Part shown: piece by piece, positions 54,949 to 64,000 of the stretch
Position numbering within the stretch: position 1 is the stretch's first letter
Layout: each line of letters begins with the position of its first letter
Assembly: GCA_964016885.1 (NCBI GenBank)
Contig: OZ024743.1
Coordinates: forward strand, 362,080,001 to 362,144,000
Direction of reading: 5' to 3'
DNA length: 64,000 bases
From: Eledone cirrhosa
Lineage: Eukaryota
Translations under genes and position numbers: made by a program
The notes under the pieces: model-generated
What the model saw: the letters and a program-made list of their open reading frames with translations, nothing else
Told to the model about the DNA's origin: nothing
Databases searched by the model: none

Positions 54949-55062
54949 TTGAGTTCAAATCCCGCCGAGGTTAACTTTGCCTTTCATCCTTACGGGGTCG
55001 ATAAAATAAAGTACCAGTAATACACTGGGATAATTGCTGGCCTTGTGCCAAAAGTAGAAACA

Positions 55063-55121
<59 letters not shown>

Positions 55122-55307
55122 GGTGGTGGATTGGCAGTATCGGTAGAGGGTCGGACGCCATGCTTTGACGCCTAGAGTTACTGCCCTTGCCATTCTGAGT
55201 TCAAATCCCGCCGAGGTTAACTTTGCCTTTCATCCTTACGAGGTCGATAAAATAAAGTACCAGTAATGCACTTGGTAATTGCTGACCTTGTGCCAACAGT
55301 AGAAACA

Positions 55308-55342
<35 letters not shown>

Positions 55343-55783
55343 ATCCATCATCATCAAATTACCATTATCATCGTTATTTTGTCTTATCGTGCAATTTATT
55401 GAAATTACAATCATTATATCATAATTACACATAGAAACGTATATACACATATATAGGCACACATATAGGCACACACATATAGGCACACATATAGGCACAC
55501 ACATATAGGCACACATATAGGCACACACATATAGGCACACACATATAGGCACACACAGGCACACCAACACAAACCCACACTCACACAAATAAAAAAAAGG
55601 GCGGTGGATTGGCAGTATCGGTAGAGGGTCGGACGCCATGCTTTCCAGCATAGTTACGTCTCTTTACGATCTGAGTTCAAATCCCGCCGAGGTTGACTTT
55701 GCCTTTCATCCTTACGAGGTCGATAAAATAAAGTACCAGTAATGCACTGGGTAATTGCTGGCCTTGTGCCTAAAGTAGAAACA
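54949..55783 (+). mobile_element. Cluster of three tRNA-SINEs, the first two with (ATT)n tails
   Basis: Copies at ~54949-55063, 55122-55310 and 55598-55783. Confidence 0.9.
55440..55560. repeat. 12-14-bp minisatellite (ATAGGCACACACAT)n
   Basis: About 8 tandem units. Confidence 0.9.
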
Positions 55784-56460
55784 ATTATATCATAATTACC
55801 AATCATCGTCATCTTTATAGACATCAGTCTCTTCAATTTCTCTGTAAGTATTGAAAGCAAATCAAAAGAAGGTATTTGGAAGGTACCCAGTTAAGGAGTC
55901 AATGCAAGAGATATTGCTTCTTTTCTTTTTATATATTTATTTCACTCTTTCATTTCGTTTTACCAATGATCAAATTCTGAAACCAGAAATATATTTCCAC
56001 AACTCTTCATGTCAACTAATATCCACATCCTCTTAGTAACACAATCTTCTACCTCAACTCACCTCTCTAAAGCTTTTTTTTTTCAGCTTTCACATTTTTC
56101 TGATGTTGCAGATTCCTACGTTCTACCTACATTCTCTGAGACAACCACTTTCATCTCATGTTTTCTTTTTTTTAATCTAGTTTCATATAGCCACTGAAAT
56201 AAAACTACACATAGATACAGAAACACATAGAAACGTATATACACACATATAGGCACACACAGGCACACCAACACAAACACACACTCACACAAATAAAAAG
56301 AAAATGGATTCACTTCATGAACGCTAAAACTCTCCCTCAAATATATACGTGTGCATATAGCCCCCCACCCCACACACACACACAAACACCTTTTTATTTA
56401 CTATCAAATGCATAACATTGTCGCTCATATCCACCCACGATTTCCTTTACATGACTTACT

Positions 56461-56543
<83 letters not shown>

Positions 56544-56566
56544 CACACATATATATATATACACAC

Positions 56567-56602
<36 letters not shown>

Positions 56603-57398
56603 GAAAAACACAAATACAGTTATTTTATAAATATATATTACTGAAAGGAATTCTCAAGTATACACAAACCCTTTTAAGATATGAATTGAGCTCTTAAACC
56701 ATCTCCCTAAACACTTCAACAGAGAATTTGTTATTGTGTCTTTTGACGTAATAAACCACTACACTACGATCCCATATGGGGATAAAGGAAATAAAATTCT
56801 CGCTCGATAAATTCCCTAATGAAAGCCAGAAAGAATAGAAATATATTTGATTACCCGGGGACTAACATTTATTCTACAAAACGATTTTCTTGATTCCAAT
56901 GGCAATATTTACCAACAAATGTCAGATACTGCAATGGGGACAAACGTCGCTCCGGCTTGCGCTAATTTCGTGATAGCATAATGGGAGTTCAGATGTATGA
57001 ACAATCTAAATTAAAATACGGCTTGAACTTCCACAAATATTTGCAAGACAACTGGAAACCTTACTTGGATGACGGTCTTATCCTATGGACACGTATATTC
57101 GACCAGCTCACCAGATTGAAGATCCTAATTAACAGCATCAATAATTGCCATTCCTGGACATTCTAATTATGAAAAGGGATAAAACATTGAAACTGACGCC
57201 CACCACAAACCAACAGATTCTAAACAATATTTGCTTTTCACCTCAAACCATTCAAAACCATAAAAACAAATATTCCACTTTATCTAGTGACAACAATTTG
57301 CACAATTTCTCAAATTATGAAACCTGAAATAAAAGACTCCAAGAATTAAAAGAAATTCTACTCGAAAGACAGTACTCATCATTATTAATAGACAAAGG

Positions 57399-57583
57399 GC
57401 GGTGTATTGGCAGTATCGGTAGAGGGTCAGACGCCATGCTTTGCAGCAAAGAGTTCCCTGCCTTTATGATCTGAGTTCAAATCCCGCCGAGGTTAACTTT
57501 GCCTTTCATCCTTACGAGGTCGATAAAATAAAGTACCAGTAATACACTGGGATATTGCTGGCCTTGTGCCAAAAGTAGAAACA
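57399..57583 (+). mobile_element. Full-length tRNA-SINE with an 18-bp TSD, inside the Penelope remnant
   Basis: TSD attattaatagacaaagg at 57381-57398 and 57584-57601. Confidence 0.93.
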
Positions 57584-57654
57584 ATTATTAATAGACAAAG
57601 GAATATAACGAGCCAAAGAATTTGATATTAAAGAATTATGAAAAGTAAAAAGTG

Positions 57655-57715
57655 TCAGTTACGTCCAAAACTCTACCTTGTAGTAGCTACAAGGTAGAGT
57701 TTTGGACGTAACTGA
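57655..57715. repeat. Perfect 29-bp-arm hairpin
   Basis: tcagttacgtccaaaactctaccttgtag-tag-ctacaaggtagagttttggacgtaactga. Confidence 0.95.
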
Positions 57716-60119
57716 AACTTTGTAGCTCAATACATAACCCAAGAAATACAAAAGCATACAACATTATCTACAAGATCATCCCACTAATGAGACAAGATGC
57801 AAGAATGGAAAAGGCATTCGAAACATAAGATAATCAAAAACAAATGACAACCGAAATGCCTTGAAAAACTACTCACCAGTACCAAATTACGCATAACCAA
57901 CCCAACACCAACAGTCAAAAGGTGAGGTCGCCCTAATTGTGGAACTTGCACTAACCTCATTGAACGTACACTGTATACATTTAAACCAGGCAAACATGTT
58001 TTGAAAAAGATCATTTTACGTGTTCATAAAATAATTTATAATATATGCTGCTAAATGCAAAATATGCAATGAAGATTACATAGGGCAAACCAAACTCACC
58101 CTTAGAAACAGAATGACAATTCATCACCAACAATTATGCGACCTCGCCACAAGACAGATAACAATTGTGGGCATTTAGACTTATGTGCAAGAAATAAGTC
58201 CTCCTTTCCACTTTATCTCTAGCCAGACAATTCGACAGTCCAAACACAAATAAATAAATAAAATATATTTATTCAAAAATACAAACCACGTCTGAATAAA
58301 CCCCATTTGCGAAGAACTATATACACACACACATGCGTAACGTACTTCTTCATTTTGGTAATGAAAGTATTATAAATGATATGACCATTATGATTGTTAT
58401 CACATGACCCTCTGTACGCGAACGGAGAAGAGGACAACTAGCTACCCTTTCATACGCGCACACACATACACACACAAACACAAGCACTCACGTACAATTT
58501 TTGTTTATCTTACTAAAAATATGATTGCTATTATAATTTTATTTTATTTTATTCATTCTTTACTCGTCACGTATTCCGATGTAAAATACAAAAACCCTAT
58601 TTCTACAAACACATACGCACACACATTCATAAATAAAACACATGAACAGTTTTTTATACATTTAAAATTGGGGCGGGGATTGATACAAACACTTCTATAA
58701 ACAAACTTGACTATTTAACACAATACAATAAACATTCCTTTTGAAATTGTCACTAGCCACATTCTATGAACCATGACACTCAAAGTTTTGGGCGCAAAAT
58801 CGATATGAAAAATTATATTCCTAATCAGGTGATCATCAATGTATAGATAGCAATCTGCACCACTTTTTGCATGAAACGGTTAGAAATATCAGATGCGGAA
58901 AAGCCACACAGCTCTCTATTTTGCTTAAGCTTTGAAAATTATTCATACGTGAAGTCGGTAAAATTATTAATAATAAATCTTCTTAAAGACTCAAATTGCA
59001 TTTTCAAGTTTTTTATCCTATATCGTTCGTTGTCTTGTCATCTCTTTGTTTATTTTCTTAAGTTTATCATATTAATGTGACGTACGTGTTATCTCTTCTC
59101 CCTCTATGTATTGCTATGGCTTACATTTTTAACACGATATTTTATTTTCTTCTTGTTTTTTTCTTCCTTCCTTTTTTTCTTTGTTTCATTCATTTCTTTC
59201 GTGCTATATGAGGTACCATACCTTTTTCCTGACGTCAGAAAAAATTCTGTGTTTTAAAGCTTAATTGCTATAAATTAACGCTTTGTCTCTCGTTTCTTAC
59301 TCCACTGGACAGCGTTTGGCTTATGTCATGCGCTGTGACCCTGGATGAACAAGCAGTGCCGTTGGTAGGGGGTCGAAACTGCCAAAGTACATCTCAAAGG
59401 CCGATGACCATGGAGTTGACCATGTATTAGCTACATGTTACCAGTAGCCAGTATATCTCGTGCATGCTCGAGTCATCGGTGACAAAATCGGTAATCCCAC
59501 TAAGTTTGCTTGGTGAGGAATGGGATTTGGGACACCCAGCGAGATGAAAAGCAAAACCCGGCAAAGGGCGGAGGAACCGAAGAGAGTCAATGGCCATCCA
59601 CTAATTCTTTTATAAGGGGGCAGTGGATTGTGAGACCCGTAGGAGAGAGTCTCTCTTATGTAAAACCTGCTACTTGGTTTGCATCCATTGATATACAACA
59701 GTTCTAATTTTGGGGTAAGCATTCAGCCTTTCCTCGCTTAAAAAAACTTCAAGCATAGGCATCGCTTGATATCTGACATATTAAGTATCAAGCATAGCAT
59801 TATTTGAAATTGAGTTGCAGCAATCATCTATATATCTTGCATATATCTTGCATATATCATGTAGATATTATACTCCCGCTGTATAAAAGAGATGCCTCTG
59901 GGATAGACGTCAAAATGGATCTGCCATTTTGAGGCTAATAGTATGGAGTTGTATAACTACTATCGATTAGTCAACACATCGGTGTTTTTTTTTATGTGCA
60001 TCCGTACCCGAATGTGAGTTTGTGTGTGTGTGGGGGGGGGGTATTTGTCTGTACCTGTGTATTCTGTCCATGTTTTTGTATTTATTGTTTCTTTTATGTG
60101 AATGCATGTGATATATATA

Positions 60120-60253
<134 letters not shown>

Positions 60254-60357
60254 GTGTGTGTGAGTGTGTATGTAAAGGGTAAACAAAAATAACAACACAA
60301 TCGGTACAGTATATGGAAGGGATATATTAGGTTAACGCTTGATATAGCAGGAAGAGG

Positions 60358-60395
60358 GTCTTAACGTTTCGGACGCTAGTCCTTCATCAGAAGAA
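60358..60395 (-). ncRNA. Putative minimal type I hammerhead ribozyme (PLE-type)
   Basis: Minus strand reads tctt-CTGATGA-a-ggac-tagc-gtcc-GAAAC-GTT-aaga. Confidence 0.75.
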
Positions 60396-60442
60396 AGAAT
60401 GAGAAATAGATTGAGGGGACAGGCGGGTTCGAATTGGAAAAA

Positions 60443-60488
<46 letters not shown>

Positions 60489-60655
60489 TGAGTTCTTCTG
60501 CCCTTTGACGGGTTTTGCTGTTCATCTCGCAGGGTGACCAAAATCCCCCTCCTCACCAAGCAAGCTTGGTGGGTTTACCGATTTTGTCACGGATGACTCG
60601 ACCATGCACAAGATGTACTGGCTACATGTTACCAGTAGCGCTCAATAACGACCTG

Positions 60656-61021
<366 letters not shown>

Positions 61022-61061
61022 TACATATTGTATAAAGCTATGCTTGAAGTGAAATCCTATT

Positions 61062-61146
<85 letters not shown>

Positions 61147-61365
61147 GTATATGTTGAGTTAAAAACTCACATTAGTCCCATGAAATCAGAGTAACTCAAG
61201 GAAAAAATGTCCGAGCCTTATAATACAATAAAGAGAGACATATATGCGTTCAAATTTAATTGAGTCTTGTGAACCGTATTATCTTTAGTCAGTATTTGCT
61301 TCACTCTGGCGGTTATTGTCCCTTGTGATCTGAACGCATATATGCTTATATCTATGTTTGTCTTG

Positions 61366-61434
<69 letters not shown>

Positions 61435-62006
61435 TAGGAGAGATTACTACTTGTAGCATACCGAGCTTTGTATGTGTTATACTAAATGTATGTAACAATA
61501 TAAAACGGATCCATTTCATTATATTTTTTTAAATACTGTAGTTCATGAAGAAGGGATAGTAAAAGAACGAAAAATATCTATATGCATTAGTGCATTAGCT
61601 AGAAAGCGATGCGTTATCAGGTAGTAAAATATTATGAACAAAAAAAGGAAAAATAATAAAATTAAAAAATATATAAAAGTAAAATTAGTCTTTGACAATA
61701 GATAAAATATCTGAACCCGGTATCTAAGGATATAATATATACAAGTAAAACCATCCAAAAGAGTAAACCATGTAAAGCCATAAGAAATTCAAAGATAAAT
61801 ATTGACAATGTCACTTTGGAAAAAATATTTTGAAAGTCGAATATTGGAGGTGGCAGATGCGATGAATTCTTTAACGGGATATTCTAAACGGTACAGATAC
61901 GAAAGAATACAATTCCCAACACAGTAGCGGGAAGAAGATAAGATATTTAGAGCCTCCTTTTGTTAGCTAGAATTTAGAATAGGATGTAGTAAATTACAGT
62001 TATCGA

Positions 62007-62222
62007 CAGTCGATCGACTTTCGTCAAATTGGACCTAGGAAACAATGTTTCCATTGGTCTTTCCAATTGCTAATACTATCTATCGGTTGCAACTCCAGGT
62101 AGAAGGAGTAGAGTGAAATAAAGCGTCTTGCCCAAGGACATAACCCATCGTCTGGTCCGGGAATCGAACTCACAATCTTACGATTGCTAATTCAATTCTC
62201 TAACCAGTCAGCCACGCGCCTT
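62007..62222 (-). mobile_element. V-domain-like tRNA-SINE
   Basis: Homologous to 16849-17046, with B box gagttcgattcc. Confidence 0.65.
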
Positions 62223-62939
62223 CTTTTAGGTATTAGAAATCGAATCTTAATCTTGTCCAGTTTGTATCTAGCGAAGGTTACCCCCCATCTCCTCTCTTCC
62301 TAACTTTTACTACTTATCACACTAACTTACTGTATTTTATTTTATTCTATTTTATTTTATTTTATTTTATTCTATTTTATTTTATTTTATTCTATTTTAT
62401 TGTATTGTCATCTTGATTTATTCTTGTTCTATTTTATTTTCTTAAATGTAAATACTATTTTTATATTGAACATTTCATTCCTGAATTCTACGGCATGCTG
62501 GAAACAATTATAAGCTGTCTGAAGGCGTGGAATAAACAATTAAGTATTGCATATGATTGAACAATATAGCATATGTAAACTATTATAATAGACACGGGAA
62601 ATATATGTTAAAGCCAATAAATTCCTACTCTCCTTTCTCGACGAAGTCTATATTTTTTGGGTGCAATATTTGCTTATATTAATATACTCTGTGATCTCTT
62701 CTGGACCTATATACCATATTCCCCTGCTTGGATATTTATGCTATACGAGTCAAATTCTCTGGTAAGCAGTTATCTTGTTTGAACTGTTTCATTTTTATGA
62801 AATAATTAGGAATGCCTACTGACATGGAGACTGGTTGGGTGTACGAGGCCCTAGCATTTAGTGGTTTTAAGGACATATCATCAACATAGACTGCCCACTC
62901 AGACCCCATAACAGATATAGGCATACAGATAAATTCGTA

Positions 62940-63724
62940 CACCACTCTTTAATAGGGTAGTGTCCACATCAATAGCTAGAATCTTCTTCAAATGTCTAAA
63001 CAAGCACTTCCCAACACAACACAAGTACTACGCAATCTTTAACAGGAACACTGTTAGATTTCTGACTCAACACCACCTAATCTAGCAAGGAACATAGCCA
63101 ACCTAAACATCTCAAAAGTGAATATGTCCACACTTTCTGAAAGCCACGCCCGTAATTGGGTCTGTGGAACTGCCCAAACAAGGACACCTGTCTACTGGAA
63201 AATAAATATTTGATAGACGACATCGTATACAAATGCGACAACAAAAATACATACATCGGTATGACTTCTAACAGATATAAGACCACTCACATCCACTCCT
63301 TCAGAAGACCTGACAAAGCCAACCAAACCGCACTAGCCAATTATATATGGGACCTCATGAAGAAATCCATTCCATTCACCCTCAAATGTAAAATGCTCCA
63401 CAAGGTGCGCTCAGACACGAGAGGGCATAAGGGCTGTGATTTATGAATCTCAGAAAGCTATGAGATATTATTGCCCAATAGCGGCATCCTGGTGGCGTCA
63501 TCCCAATGGCGGCATACGAACACAGCCGAACGGCGCAAAAAAAGCCAATGCAACGTATAAGGCCTACAAACCAGTTCTGTTTCCAGAACGGTAGAATGTT
63601 TAATCTATATAACTCGAACTAGTATCCACCCTTCTCTTCTCTCCCCCTCTCACCCTTTCTATGACCCGTTTCACAACGTTCACGATTGTGACCGTTATAT
63701 TTCCTTGGCTACCGTTACTACCAG

Positions 63725-63726
<2 letters not shown>
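62940..63726 (+). mobile_element. Penelope-like 3' fragment (GIY-YIG endonuclease plus terminal repeat) ending at (TA)n
   Basis: KHFP..AIFNRNTV, CPNKDTCLL..IVYKC..TYIGMTS..HSFR..TALANYIW..GCDL. Confidence 0.78.
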
Positions 63727-63782
<56 letters not shown>

Positions 63783-64000
63783 ATACTTGGGGAGGGTCAT
63801 ATTTGTGTAATATTGCCAGAATTAATAACAGAACACACTCACTGTTTGGTTGGTTTTCGCCTTTAGCTTCTGTGTCTTTTATATCAGTAATCTAATTTAT
63901 TCGGTCCTCAATGTTGCCATTGACTGACCAGCGATCATAAAATAATACAGATACAATATAGACACAAACACATATATATAGTTTATCAAAGTTCTTCCGT

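Larger units (their letters stand above)
56680..58310 (+). pseudogene. Decayed Penelope-like element, RT plus GIY-YIG
   Basis: VSFDV..YTTIP, TAMGTNVAP, WKPYLDDGLILW, LPFLDILI, CKICNEDYIGQTKLTLRNRM. Confidence 0.82.

Overview
Gene-free, transposon-dense, microsatellite-rich animal DNA. The abundant tRNA-derived SINE resembles octopod SINEs as I recall them, so an octopod cephalopod is the likely source (inference). No host protein-coding gene could be supported. The window holds one apparently intact Tx1/L1-clade LINE running off the left edge, plus three decayed copies and a 3' fragment. It also holds a full-length decayed Helitron, three non-autonomous Helitrons, several Penelope-like (PLE) remnants, RTE and R4/Dong-type LINE remnants, about 11 copies of one tRNA-SINE, V-domain-like SINEs and many foldback palindromes. 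The best candidates for new biology are: (1) two tandem ~520-bp units, each with a type I hammerhead ribozyme carrying a large branched insertion in stem II and a covarying palindromic stem III (retrozyme/PLE-like); (2) a 3' stem-loop with a CUUGU loop shared by the SINE and the Tx1 LINEs; (3) a splice-donor consensus overlapping the ORF1 stop in two diverged Tx1 families, with ORF1 and ORF2 in frame across a single UAG in the intact copy; (4) a twin-priming inversion in an RTE element; (5) a SINE insertion that captured nearby DNA inside its target-site duplication (TSD). All calls were read by eye with no searches run, and element boundaries are approximate unless exact termini or TSDs are quoted.
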